A stretch of DNA of 64,000 nucleotides from Acidobacteriota bacterium (GCA_965248695.1 CBDFKD010000002.1:2528001-2592000); one strand, 5' to 3'; counted from the stretch's first letter, positions 1 through 9,691 are shown. Notes: generated by a model from the sequence alone, not told the origin. Translations and numbers: made by a program.

Positions 1-657
1 TCCGTCTGCGTCTATGACGGAACCGTCTGGGAACCCCTGGTTCGCGTCGAAACGGACGAACTCACGGATGTTCGCCACGCTGGCTTCGTCGGCGTCGTAA
101 TCACACTGCATGATGCGTCGCTCGCGCGTATCGCAGTAGTACATCGTCGTTCCGTCCGGGCTGAAACAGATGCTGTTGGAGGTAACGACCGCGCCCAGGC
201 CCAGGCGGCGTAGGCCCCGTTGCCAGGAGAACTGATAGAAGGCTCCGAGCGGCGCCTTCTCGCGAACTTCGTTGAGCGTCCCGAAGACGAAGTTGCCGGA
301 GCGGTCAGTGCGACCGTCGTTCACGCGCGTCGAAGGCTGGGAGCCTTCGACGGAAACGAGCGGTGTGATAGCCAGAGTTTCAGCCCCACCCGGTACTTCT
401 GCGTCTCGAGCCGCATCGATATCGGCGAGGCAGAGCTGCTTCGCGAGCCCGAGCAGCAGCTTGCCGGATTCGCACAGGGCGAACGAGCCGAGTCGATCGG
501 GTAGCGACCAGGTGCGTGCGCTATCCGCCCCGTGCGCATGCATCCACAGCTGCGATTCCTGGATATCCGTCCACAGCAACGCGTGCCGGCCCTCGCACCA
601 CGTGATGCCTTCGCCGAGGGTGCATCGCGCGTCCACCCACAGGGTCGCCGTCTTCAA
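1..657 (-). CDS. SMP-30/gluconolactonase/LRE family protein (3' end runs off window)
   Basis: Not in the ORF track. Manual translation from TTG at 657 gives MKTATLWVDARCTLGEGITW..LLWTDI..RVNDGRTDRSGNFVFGT..SNSICFSPDG, the typical SMP-30 motifs. Directly follows the GMC gene. Confidence 0.85.
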   Translation of the reverse strand, partial: MKTATLWVDARCTLGEGITWCEGRHALLWTDIQESQLWMHAHGADSARTWSLPDRLGSFALCESGKLLLGLAKQLCLADIDAARDAEVPGGAETLAITPLVSVEGSQPSTRVNDGRTDRSGNFVFGTLNEVREKAPLGAFYQFSWQRGLRRLGLGAVVTSNSICFSPDGTTMYYCDTRERRIMQCDYDADEASVANIREFVRFDANQGFPDGSVIDADG

Positions 658-664
658 GTCGCGG

Positions 665-2368
665 TCATCCGGCGATCGAGTCCCAGTTCTCCACTAGGTG
701 ATCGGCGGCGCGCCAGGCGAGCGCCTGTACGGTGAGCGTCGGGTTGCGCGCACCACTGGTGCCCATGACGGAGGCTCCGAGCACGCCGAGATTGGGCGCC
801 TCGTGTGAAAAGCCCCAGCGGTCGACGACGTTGGTCGCAGGGTTGTCGCCCATGCGCGTGCCGCCGTAGGCGTGATCCGTCGGCCCCATAGTGCCGAGCG
901 AGCGCCGGGAGACCTCCACCGCGCCCGCCTCCATGTACCACTGCTCCATCTTGTCCAGCAGGAAGCTGTGGAGCTTGTTCTCGTTGTCCTTGAAATCCGC
1001 CGTGATACGACACACCGGATCGCCGAGAGGATCCTTCACGGTGGGATGCAGATCGAGGTAGTTGTCCTCGTACGGCAGCGTCGTCGCCTGGATGAAGGGC
1101 CGGTTGGAGCGGTCGGCGTTCTCGCTGACGAACGACTTCCATGCGGAGCCCCAGCGCGGCGCGCGCCCGAACGTGCTCATGCCGGCAGCGCTGATCGGCT
1201 TGCGCTCGGTGTGTACCCACAGGTTGCCGCCACCAATGAAATCCAGCTCGTCGTGGTCGAAGTTGTCATCGGCCCAGTCGTCGATCGCCACCCCCTGTGC
1301 CGGCAGGCCATACCAGGTGTTGAGATCGCGCGGAAAGAGCGCCTCGACGCCGGAGAACATGGCGTGGCTCATGTAATGCCTGCCGACCTGACCGCCATTG
1401 TTCGACAGACCGTGCGGATACTTGGCCGACTTCGACATCAGCAGAAGCCGTACGTTCTCGTAGGTGAAGCTGGCTACCAGCACCACCGACGCCGGCTGGA
1501 AGTAGGTCTCGCCGTCCTTGAGGTAGTGAACGCCGCGAGCGCGCCCGTCGTCAGATTCGGCGATTCGCAGCACATGAGCCCGCGGCACGACCTGCAGGTT
1601 CCCGGTGTCGATTGCCCTGGGAATGGTCGTTACCGCGGTCGAGTTCTTGGCGCTGACGTGACAACCACCGCGGCTACAGAAACCGTGATAAACGCAGGCC
1701 GACCGGTCCTGGTACGGCTGTGAGTTGATCGCCGCCGGGCCCGGGAAGGGGTGCCAATCGAGCCCTCGCGCCGCACCCGACATGAGCTCGGTGAAGCCCG
1801 TGCCCCGAAGTGGTGGCATCGGAAACTCACGCCGGCGCGGCCCCTCGAAGATGTTGCCGCCCTCGTCCAGCTCGCCGTTGACGTTGCCGGCCTTGCCCGA
1901 GACCCCGATCTCGTACTCGACGCGGTCGTAATAAGGCTCGAGCTCCTCCAGCCCGAACGGCCAGTCCTCCACGGTAGAGCCCGCCGGGATGCGCCCGGCA
2001 CCGTAGCGCCGAGTGGTCTCTCTCACAACCTTGAAGTCCCACGGGTTGAGACGCCAGCTCTGCGCCCAGTAATGAAGCGAAGTGCCGCCGACGGCGTTCA
2101 TCATCGGGTGGACGGAGTACCGCGGCGACTCGGGTGCCGTGGCGCTCGAACGGTGCACCGGAACCTCGCGGTTCGCCTTCTGCACCGCGCGTGGCCAACC
2201 GCGCCGGTGCTGTAGCTCGTCGGGGGCGAAGTCGGACGGACCCATCCAGTCTCCGGCTTCCAGCCCGATGACTTCGAGCCCGGCCTCTGCCAGCGGCAGG
2301 GCGGCCACACCGCCGACGGCGCCGAGGCCGACGATGACCACGTCGGTCTTCTTCAGCTCAACGGCCAC
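665..2368 (-). CDS. GMC-family oxidoreductase (gluconate 2-dehydrogenase flavoprotein subunit-like)
   Basis: Dinucleotide-binding motif DVVIVGLGAVGG, VGGTSLHY, Cys motif CVYHGFCSRGGC, C-terminal HAYGGTRMG..NPTLT. Start trimmed to GTG 2368, which overlaps the upstream stop. Confidence 0.85.
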   Translation of the reverse strand: MAVELKKTDVVIVGLGAVGGVAALPLAEAGLEVIGLEAGDWMGPSDFAPDELQHRRGWPRAVQKANREVPVHRSSATAPESPRYSVHPMMNAVGGTSLHYWAQSWRLNPWDFKVVRETTRRYGAGRIPAGSTVEDWPFGLEELEPYYDRVEYEIGVSGKAGNVNGELDEGGNIFEGPRRREFPMPPLRGTGFTELMSGAARGLDWHPFPGPAAINSQPYQDRSACVYHGFCSRGGCHVSAKNSTAVTTIPRAIDTGNLQVVPRAHVLRIAESDDGRARGVHYLKDGETYFQPASVVLVASFTYENVRLLLMSKSAKYPHGLSNNGGQVGRHYMSHAMFSGVEALFPRDLNTWYGLPAQGVAIDDWADDNFDHDELDFIGGGNLWVHTERKPISAAGMSTFGRAPRWGSAWKSFVSENADRSNRPFIQATTLPYEDNYLDLHPTVKDPLGDPVCRITADFKDNENKLHSFLLDKMEQWYMEAGAVEVSRRSLGTMGPTDHAYGGTRMGDNPATNVVDRWGFSHEAPNLGVLGASVMGTSGARNPTLTVQALAWRAADHLVENWDSIAG

Positions 2369-3035
2369 GGCCACCGCCCGGGGTAGAAAACGCCCGATAG
2401 TCGTATGCTGAACGCCCACTCGACTCCACACCCACGTCCATTTGCTGCTGCGACTCGGTAACCACGACTCGCACACCCGGGTAACCGATCAACTCCCAGC
2501 CGACCAGATCGCGATTGCCGCCATAGTGTGGGTCGCAGAAGGTCCCCTCGATGGTGTGTGACCGGAGCAGCCCGAAGAACTCTCCCGAGCTCGTATCGAA
2601 GCCCGTGGCGTTATCCCCCTCCATGTCACGCAGAACATCGTCCTGATCGTCGGCCGACAGCCGGGCGAAGCGCGCGCCGCGCGTGGCCTCGGCGAACCTG
2701 TCCACCGCTGCCAGACCCGCCGAGTACGCGCCCCGATGCGTCGCCAGGGCGCCGGAGAGGCCGCGGTCGATGTAGCGGGCGGCGCCCGCTTCGGTAGCGC
2801 CGGGGCCGTTTTCGTCAGTGGGTATCAGGCGCGCTACGATCGCCTCGAGTACGTCAGACTCCGCTGCGGTGAGGGTTTCGAAGGCGCCCTGGGTACGCTC
2901 GGAGCTCTCGATCGATGCCAGCGCCGGCACCGGCAACGTCGCCGTCGCCCCGACGATTCCGGCACGCTTCAGCAGCTCGCGTCGCGACACCCCTCGGCCG
3001 GCGGCGAGCGCCCGGATGAACTCCCTGATCCTCAT
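2358..3035 (-). CDS. Gluconate 2-dehydrogenase subunit 3 (gamma) family protein, Tat signal
   Basis: SRRELLK twin-arginine motif; RLIP..GPGA..A..YID; EG.FCDP.YGGN..GW.LIGYPG. Confidence 0.9.
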   Translation of the reverse strand: MRIREFIRALAAGRGVSRRELLKRAGIVGATATLPVPALASIESSERTQGAFETLTAAESDVLEAIVARLIPTDENGPGATEAGAARYIDRGLSGALATHRGAYSAGLAAVDRFAEATRGARFARLSADDQDDVLRDMEGDNATGFDTSSGEFFGLLRSHTIEGTFCDPHYGGNRDLVGWELIGYPGVRVVVTESQQQMDVGVESSGRSAYDYRAFSTPGGGRGR

Positions 3036-3096
3036 CGACGTTTCTCCGGCTCCAGTCCTGCCCTCGCTTCCTTCCCGTCAGTCTCGCGCTCGAGCG

Positions 3097-3792
3097 TCAG
3101 TGGTCCCCGTGCGCCGCTGCGATGCGCTCGAGACGAAGCTGCTCGCCCACCCAAACAGCGGTGACCTCGACCTGCTGGCCGGCGTGCGCCCTGAGCTCCT
3201 CCTCGAAGTCTCCGGCGTTGACGAAACCGATAACCGTCGTGTGATTCCGTAGTTGGACGATCAGCGCGAGGTCCCCGGCAGCCTGCACCCTGCGGAGTAC
3301 CCACGCGGCTGGATCAGGCTCATCCTCGGACGGCGCCAGCTCGACGCGATGCCCGATCAACCCCTGACGTGAGGTACGAAACTCCTCGGGTCGGTTGTAC
3401 ATCAGGGACCCGCCCTGCCTGAAACCGTTCACCTCTTGGGTGCCCAGCGGGCTGACGACGGTTCCGCTCAGCAGATCGCCGTCGAGCTCGAGGTCGTAGT
3501 CGTAGGCGCCGAAGCCGAAGCTGATGTCGGCACCGTCGAGACGCAAACCGTCGACCGGAAGAAAGGTGTCGCGCACGGTGGTGAGCTCTCCATTGAGCGA
3601 CCCGTCGGACTCCTCCAATCGCAGCAGCACGGTGCGAATCCGGCCGGTGGCGCGCTGGCTCTGCTCGCCGAACTTCAGGTTCCAGATCCCGACGGGGTCC
3701 TGCTCGACGACCGGAGCACACCCAACGCCGGTGCCGATAGCGAGCGCGAACCCGATTGCGAGCGCCAGACAGCGAGCGTTGTGATTCATCAT
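3097..3792 (-). CDS. Hypothetical lipoprotein (paralog of 5049-5813)
   Basis: Signal peptide ending GVGC. Collinear with 5049-5813 (DPVG.WNLKFG.QSQ..TGRI; LMYNRPEEFRTSR; DEPDPAAWVL; LRAHAGQ). Confidence 0.75.
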   Translation of the reverse strand: MMNHNARCLALAIGFALAIGTGVGCAPVVEQDPVGIWNLKFGEQSQRATGRIRTVLLRLEESDGSLNGELTTVRDTFLPVDGLRLDGADISFGFGAYDYDLELDGDLLSGTVVSPLGTQEVNGFRQGGSLMYNRPEEFRTSRQGLIGHRVELAPSEDEPDPAAWVLRRVQAAGDLALIVQLRNHTTVIGFVNAGDFEEELRAHAGQQVEVTAVWVGEQLRLERIAAAHGDH

Positions 3793-3804
3793 TCCGGCAC
3801 GAAC

Positions 3805-5049
3805 CTAACTGGCGCCACTGTCGGTAATATCACCCTCGTAGGAGGGAATGACCGGCTCGTCCAGCTTGTATCGATAGTGGATCCACCCCTCCATCATCTC
3901 GTCGCGCGAATCCATACCCCAGATGACCTTCAAGTTGGGGTTCGGATTCCAGGGGTTGTTCTCCGAGTTGTCGAAGTGCGAGGTGACACGAAGCTTCGAG
4001 CCGCTGGACAGCTTCGTCGGATTCGCCAGCACGTAGGCGATCTGCCAGTACATGTTGTATTGCGGCACGAACAACAGGGTTTCCTCGCGCCCATCGGGGT
4101 GGATTGCCTGGAACTTCATGTCCTTGCCGCGATAGTGCATGTGCGGGGTCATGAGCAAGAGCTCGACCTCCTCGTCGAACTCCGTCTCCGCCACGCTCTC
4201 GTAGTTGGGTTCGTGCGGCGGGATCTCGAAGCTCTGGTCGGTGACCAGGCTGCCGCGGATCTCGTACTCGATCGGGTTCCGGGCCAGCCAGACGCCAACC
4301 TTGGTGCGATCGACCTGTTCCTCGCCGTTGGGGTGGTAGTGCATCTCGACACGAAACTCTGATCCGACCGGCAGCCGATGCGCGCTCCCGTCCGGGAACA
4401 GATCCGGCTGTCTGCCCGGCACCGCCAGGGCAAGTCCGTCCCAGGTGCCGTCGGGCCAGTAGGCATCGACGTTGATGTGATGCACCACCCTGGAATTGCC
4501 GCGTGCCTCGATCGCCCGAATCCAGATGTCCTCTGTGTGGGTCGTGGAGGTCATCACGTGGTGGATGATGTCCGGCCCGGACGCCGGCACGACGAAGTCC
4601 TCCTCCAGCTCGAAGATGTAGTCGGGGGGCCCGAGCTCGGAATCGAGCGCCCAGCCAGTCGGGAACGTCGGCGGCGTGAACGTGCCGCTCCCACGGGGTG
4701 TCCCGGCTTCGACCCAATCGACGAGTGTGCCGATCTCGTCGTCTGTGAGCCGCCGCTCGTTGGCGAAGTGGCCGTACTGCGGATCCGCATGCCACGGGGG
4801 CATGATGCGCTCGCGGACCACCATGCGTATCGACCGAGCCCACGGAACGACGTCGTCGTAGGTCAACAGCGACATGGGCGATACCTCGCCCGGCCGGTGG
4901 CAACCCATGCAGTTGACCGCCATCAACGGCGCCACGTCGTCGGTCCAGGTCGGGGTGCGTTCCTGCGGCGGCGCGCCGGCAGCCGGGACCGTGCTCCAGG
5001 CGCCGATCAACACCAGGGACGCCGCGGCGACGATCAGAGCTTTCCTCAT
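3805..5049 (-). CDS. Secreted c-type heme / copper type II (PHM-like) monooxygenase-like protein, copy 2
   Basis: Signal peptide, CMGCH, MPPW, VVHH, MHYH, PHMHYRG, DEMM. ATG 5049 overlaps the upstream TGA. Confidence 0.75.
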   Translation of the reverse strand: MRKALIVAAASLVLIGAWSTVPAAGAPPQERTPTWTDDVAPLMAVNCMGCHRPGEVSPMSLLTYDDVVPWARSIRMVVRERIMPPWHADPQYGHFANERRLTDDEIGTLVDWVEAGTPRGSGTFTPPTFPTGWALDSELGPPDYIFELEEDFVVPASGPDIIHHVMTSTTHTEDIWIRAIEARGNSRVVHHINVDAYWPDGTWDGLALAVPGRQPDLFPDGSAHRLPVGSEFRVEMHYHPNGEEQVDRTKVGVWLARNPIEYEIRGSLVTDQSFEIPPHEPNYESVAETEFDEEVELLLMTPHMHYRGKDMKFQAIHPDGREETLLFVPQYNMYWQIAYVLANPTKLSSGSKLRVTSHFDNSENNPWNPNPNLKVIWGMDSRDEMMEGWIHYRYKLDEPVIPSYEGDITDSGAS

Positions 5050-5813
5050 CAGTTGTCGCTCTCCGGTGCAGCTGGGGCGATTCTCTCCAAACGCAGCTCT
5101 TCCCCCTCCCAGACTGCCGTGATGTCGACCCGCTGCCCGGCGTGGGCTCTGAGCTGTTCTTCGAAATCCGCCGCGTTGACGAAGGGAACAGCGGTCCTGT
5201 AGTTCCTCAGAAAAACGATGAACGCCAGGTCCCGCGGCGACTGGACGCGGCTGAGCACCCATGCCGCCGGATCGGGCTCGTCGTCGGGCGGCGCAAGATC
5301 GACTCGATGGCCGATGACCCCATCCCGCGACGTTCGGAACTCCTCCGGGCGGTTGTACATCAGCGTCTCGACCTGCCGGCGGCCGTTGACCTGCTCGGTG
5401 CCACGCGGGCTGACGACGCTCCCGGCCATGAGATCACCATCGATGACGAGGTCGTATGCGTAGGCGCCGAAGGCGAAGCTGACTGTGTTTCCCTCGACGA
5501 GGAAGTCGTCGACGGGGAGAAACCGGTCGCGGATCGACGTCAGCTCAGCGACGAGCGCTCCGTCGACCTCCTCCACCTTCAGCAGCGAGGTCGGAATCCT
5601 GCCGGTCGAAGCCTGGCTCTGATCGCCGAATTTCAGGTTCCAGACACCGACCGGATCCGGCGCGGCCTCCGTGCTGCAACCGGAGACCGGGATCAGGAAG
5701 CCGAGCGCCAGGAGCACGCCAGAAGCTCCGAGCTTCGGTGAGGCACGCGTCGCCCCGGAGTCCCGACGGCCACGTGGCGACAGCCGGGTTCGGCAACCGC
5801 GGATCCAGGACAC
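5049..5813 (-). CDS. Hypothetical lipoprotein (paralog of 3097-3792)
   Basis: Hydrophobic stretch ending VSGC; collinear with 3097-3792. Start uncertain (GTG 5813 overlaps the upstream TAG). Confidence 0.75.
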   Translation of the reverse strand: MSWIRGCRTRLSPRGRRDSGATRASPKLGASGVLLALGFLIPVSGCSTEAAPDPVGVWNLKFGDQSQASTGRIPTSLLKVEEVDGALVAELTSIRDRFLPVDDFLVEGNTVSFAFGAYAYDLVIDGDLMAGSVVSPRGTEQVNGRRQVETLMYNRPEEFRTSRDGVIGHRVDLAPPDDEPDPAAWVLSRVQSPRDLAFIVFLRNYRTAVPFVNAADFEEQLRAHAGQRVDITAVWEGEELRLERIAPAAPESDN

Positions 5814-7063
5814 TAGCGGGCGCCGCCGTCAGTGGTGAGCTCGTCGTAGGCCGGAATGATCGGATTGGCCAGCTTGCGGCGATAGTGCAGCCACCCCTCG
5901 AACATCTCGTCGCGCGAATCCATGCCGTAGATCACCCGCACGTTGGGGTTCGGGTTCCAGGGGTTGTTCGCTGAGTTGTCGAAGTGCCCGATCGTCCGCA
6001 GCTTGGCCCCCTTGGGCAGGTGAATCGGCTCCGCCAGCTTGTAGACCATCTGCCAGTAGATGTTGTAGTGCGGCACATATAGCAGGGTCTCCTCCCGACC
6101 GTCGGGATGAACCAGCTGGAACATGAAGTCCGTGCCGCGATAGTGCATGTGCGGGTTCAAGACCAGCAGATCGGCCTCCTCCTCCTCGAACACCTTTTCC
6201 GCCCTGTGTTCGTAGTTGGGCTCGTGCGGCGGGATCTCGAAGGTCTGGTCGCTGACCAGGTCGCCGATCACCTGGTACTCGACCCGAGATCGGGCCAGCC
6301 AGACGCCGACGCGGGTGCGATTCGTCTGCGGCTCACCGTTGGGGTGGTAGTGCATCGTCAGCCGCAGCTGTGCTCCGGCCGGAAACAGTATGGCGTTGCC
6401 GTCCGGGAAGAAATCTGGCGGCTTCCCGGGAAGATCGATCCCCAGCAGAGCTCGGCTTTCGTCCGGATGCTCGGCCATGATGTCGATGTGGTGGACGATG
6501 CGCGAATTGCCCCTCGCCTCAAGCCCGCGCAACCAGATGTCCTCGGTGTGGGTGGTGGAGATGTAGACGTGCTGGTAGATGTCCGGGCCGTCGGCCGGCA
6601 TCTGCCACTCCTCGTCCATCTCGAAGACGTAGTCGGGCGGCCCTTCAGAGGCGGCAAGGGACCAGTCCCCGTCCGCATACGTCGGCGTGGTGAACGAGCC
6701 GTCACCCCGCGGAGTCCCGGCCTCGATCCACGCCATCATGGTCCCGATCTCGTCGTCGGTGAGCCGGCGATCGTTGACGAAATGTCCCCACTGCGGATCG
6801 GCGTGCCACGGCGGCATGATGCGCTCGCTCACGACCATCCGGATCGACCGTGCCCAGGGCACCACGTCGTCGTAGGACAGCAACGACATGGGGGCTACCT
6901 GTCCGGGTCGGTGGCAACTCATGCAGTTGGCAGCCATGAGAGGGCCGATGTCGTCGGTCCAGGTAGGCACGCCTTCCTGCGGCATAGAGCCCGAAGCCGG
7001 GAGCGTTGTCCAGCCGCCGATCAGGAGCAGGGAAACGGCGGCGACCAGTAGAGCTTTTCTCAT
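5813..7063 (-). CDS. Secreted c-type heme / copper type II (PHM-like) monooxygenase-like protein, copy 1
   Basis: GGAGG RBS before ATG 7063 (MRKALLV); CMSCH, MPPW, IVHH, MHYH, PHMHYRG, DEMF. Confidence 0.75.
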   Translation of the reverse strand: MRKALLVAAVSLLLIGGWTTLPASGSMPQEGVPTWTDDIGPLMAANCMSCHRPGQVAPMSLLSYDDVVPWARSIRMVVSERIMPPWHADPQWGHFVNDRRLTDDEIGTMMAWIEAGTPRGDGSFTTPTYADGDWSLAASEGPPDYVFEMDEEWQMPADGPDIYQHVYISTTHTEDIWLRGLEARGNSRIVHHIDIMAEHPDESRALLGIDLPGKPPDFFPDGNAILFPAGAQLRLTMHYHPNGEPQTNRTRVGVWLARSRVEYQVIGDLVSDQTFEIPPHEPNYEHRAEKVFEEEEADLLVLNPHMHYRGTDFMFQLVHPDGREETLLYVPHYNIYWQMVYKLAEPIHLPKGAKLRTIGHFDNSANNPWNPNPNVRVIYGMDSRDEMFEGWLHYRRKLANPIIPAYDELTTDGGAR

Positions 7064-7175
7064 CGAGATCCTCCGGCGCGGTGCCCAGTTCGCGAGCCTG
7101 GCTATCGAAACACGGCGTTTCCTCGTAGTCCACAGACAGGTGGAGGAACGAGCGCTACTGTGCTCCAATCTGGCC

Positions 7176-7985
7176 ATGTTCCGCACCCGACACCATCGTC
7201 GCGGATGGGCAGCGCCCGTCGCCGGCATGCTACTCGCCGCCACGGCCACGAACGTCGCGGCCCAGGCCCACAGCAATCCGTTCAACGGCCTGGGTGATGT
7301 TGCCGTCGGCGAAAACCTGTTCCTAGTTCATTGCGGCAGGTGCCACGGCTACGACGCGACGGGCGGTCGGGGGCCCGATCTGACGACCGGCCGGATCCTG
7401 GCGCGCGGCGATGAGGGTCTGTTCCAGGTCGTCGCCGAGGGAATCCCCGGCACCGAGATGCCGCCGATCCATCGCACCGGATCGGACAAGTCGGTCTGGC
7501 AGCTGGTGGCGTACCTGCAAGCGCTGAACCGGGCGCCGGAGGACATCATGCTGCCCGGCGATCCGTCGGCGGGTGAGGCCGTCTATCGCGGCAAGGGTGC
7601 TTGCGAGAGTTGCCACATGGTCGAGGGCGCCGGGGGCCGGCTGGGGCCCGACCTCACCAATGTCGGCGAGCGACGCGCACCGGAAGCCCTGATGGCCGAC
7701 CTGCTGCGGCCACACTCGGAGGTCCAACCGCGCTGGTGGTCGATGCGCGTCACCCACGAGGATGGCACGCAGGTCGAGGGGCTGCGCATGAACGAGGATT
7801 CCTATTCCGTGCGCATCATCGACGGCGACGAGAACCTGTGGTCGTTCGCGAAGCGTGACCTGCGCCAGAGCGAGCGCATCGAGACGTCCACCATGCCGAG
7901 CTACGAAGGGGAGCTCACGCCGGCAGAAGTCGACAATCTCGTGGCCTTCCTGTATTCGCTGCGACGGACGGAGAGACGACCATGA
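7176..7985 (+). CDS. Diheme c-type cytochrome (putative partner of the PQQ dehydrogenase)
   Basis: CGRCH and CESCH, two GPDL motifs, GIPGTEMP and STMPSY. Stop overlaps the next ATG. Start uncertain (7176 or 7227). Confidence 0.8.
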   Translation: MFRTRHHRRGWAAPVAGMLLAATATNVAAQAHSNPFNGLGDVAVGENLFLVHCGRCHGYDATGGRGPDLTTGRILARGDEGLFQVVAEGIPGTEMPPIHRTGSDKSVWQLVAYLQALNRAPEDIMLPGDPSAGEAVYRGKGACESCHMVEGAGGRLGPDLTNVGERRAPEALMADLLRPHSEVQPRWWSMRVTHEDGTQVEGLRMNEDSYSVRIIDGDENLWSFAKRDLRQSERIETSTMPSYEGELTPAEVDNLVAFLYSLRRTERRP

Positions 7986-9682
7986 GACCGCGCGCGCTGG
8001 CCGCCCTGGTCGCCATCACTGTGATCACCGCCCCGGGGATCGCCGTACCGGCGGTCGCCAGCCATGCGCGCCCAAAGGCGCAGGCGGTGGAGCAACAGGC
8101 GGCGGCGGCGGCAGCGGCGACGTCGACGTCGACCCCGGCGTTCTCCCCGGTGAGCTACGACCGATTGGTCAACGCCGCCGAGGAGCCCGGCAACTGGCTC
8201 ATGTACTCGGGGCAGTACAGCAGTCAACGATACAGTCGCCTGGACCAGGTCCGACGGGACAACGCGACTCGGCTGCGACTGAGATGGGTGCACCAGCTGA
8301 GCACCCTCGACCGTGCCGAGACGACGCCGCTCGTCGTCGACGGCGTCATGTACGTGACCGAGTCACCGAGCACCGTGATCGCGCTGGATGCGGCGACCGG
8401 CCGACAGTTCTGGCGCTACGAGCACGACGTTCCCGCCGGTGTCCCCTACTGCTGCGGACGAAACAATCGCGGCGTGGCGATCCTGGGTGATCGGCTGTTC
8501 CTGAGCACGCTCGATGCTCATCTCGTGGCACTCGACGCCAAGACCGGCAACGTGATCTGGAACACCGAGGTAATCGATCAGGCGGCCGGCTACAGCAAGA
8601 CGGCGGCGCCGCTGGTGGTCAAGAACCTCGTGGTGACCGGCATCGCCGGCGGCGACTACGGAATTCGTGGCTTCATCGATGCCTATGACGCAAGTAGCGG
8701 GGAGCGCGTCTGGCGCGTCTACACGATCCCGGCATCCGGCGAGCCCGGCAACAACACCTGGGAGGGTGACTCCTGGAAAACGGGGGGCGCGGCAACGTGG
8801 GTGACGGGCTCCTTCGACCCGGAGCTCAACCTCATCTACTGGGGTACCGGTAACCCCGGCCCGGACTTCAACGGCGAGGAGCGGGAGGGCGACAACCTGT
8901 ACTCGAACTGCGTCCTGGCGCTCGACGCCGACACCGGCGAGATGCGCTGGTACTTCCAGTTCACTCCACATGATGTCTGGGACTGGGACGCGGCCCAGAT
9001 CCCCGTTCTGGTCGACGCCGAATTCGATGGCCGACCGCGCAAGCTGATGCTGTGGGCAAACCGCAACGCGTTCTTCTACGTGCTCGACCGCGAGACCGGC
9101 GAATTCTTGCTCGGACAGCCCTTTGCCAGGCAGACCTGGGCAGAACGCATCGACGACACCGGCCGGCCGATCTTCCGTCCCGGCATCATGCCGAGCGCCG
9201 AAGGCACCGTCGTGTCACCACCGGTCGAGGACGCCGCCAACTGGTGGTCGACAACATACAGCCCCAAGACCGGCCTGCTGTACGTCATGACACACGACGC
9301 CGAGGAGCGCTTCTTCATCCGCGACGACGAGTATGTCCCCGGCGAGCTGTTCGAGGGCGGCAGTTGGGCGCGGACGATGCCGATCGATAGCTACGTTGCT
9401 GCCGTGCGGGCGATCGTCCCGCAGACCGGTGAGCGAAAGTGGGAGCACCGCGTGCAGCCAAGGGGCCGAACCGGATTGCTATCGACCGCGGGCGACCTGG
9501 TGTTCGGCGGCACCATCGACGGGTACATCTTCGCGCTGGACGCGAGCACCGGCGACGATCTATGGCACATGAATGTCGGCGGGAGCGTGTACGCCGCGCC
9601 GATCACCTATCTCGCCGGCGACGACCAGTACGTGACGATCGCAGCCGGCAACGACATCTTCACCTTCGGGCTCGAGCCGTAG
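7982..9682 (+). CDS. PQQ-dependent dehydrogenase, methanol/ethanol family
   Basis: Vicinal CC (YCCGRNNRG), ETTPLVVDGVMY, Trp-docking repeats (ALDAATG..W), YWGTGNPGP, HDVWDWD. Confidence 0.9.
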   Translation: MRPRALAALVAITVITAPGIAVPAVASHARPKAQAVEQQAAAAAAATSTSTPAFSPVSYDRLVNAAEEPGNWLMYSGQYSSQRYSRLDQVRRDNATRLRLRWVHQLSTLDRAETTPLVVDGVMYVTESPSTVIALDAATGRQFWRYEHDVPAGVPYCCGRNNRGVAILGDRLFLSTLDAHLVALDAKTGNVIWNTEVIDQAAGYSKTAAPLVVKNLVVTGIAGGDYGIRGFIDAYDASSGERVWRVYTIPASGEPGNNTWEGDSWKTGGAATWVTGSFDPELNLIYWGTGNPGPDFNGEEREGDNLYSNCVLALDADTGEMRWYFQFTPHDVWDWDAAQIPVLVDAEFDGRPRKLMLWANRNAFFYVLDRETGEFLLGQPFARQTWAERIDDTGRPIFRPGIMPSAEGTVVSPPVEDAANWWSTTYSPKTGLLYVMTHDAEERFFIRDDEYVPGELFEGGSWARTMPIDSYVAAVRAIVPQTGERKWEHRVQPRGRTGLLSTAGDLVFGGTIDGYIFALDASTGDDLWHMNVGGSVYAAPITYLAGDDQYVTIAAGNDIFTFGLEP

Positions 9683-9691
9683 AAGCGCTCA

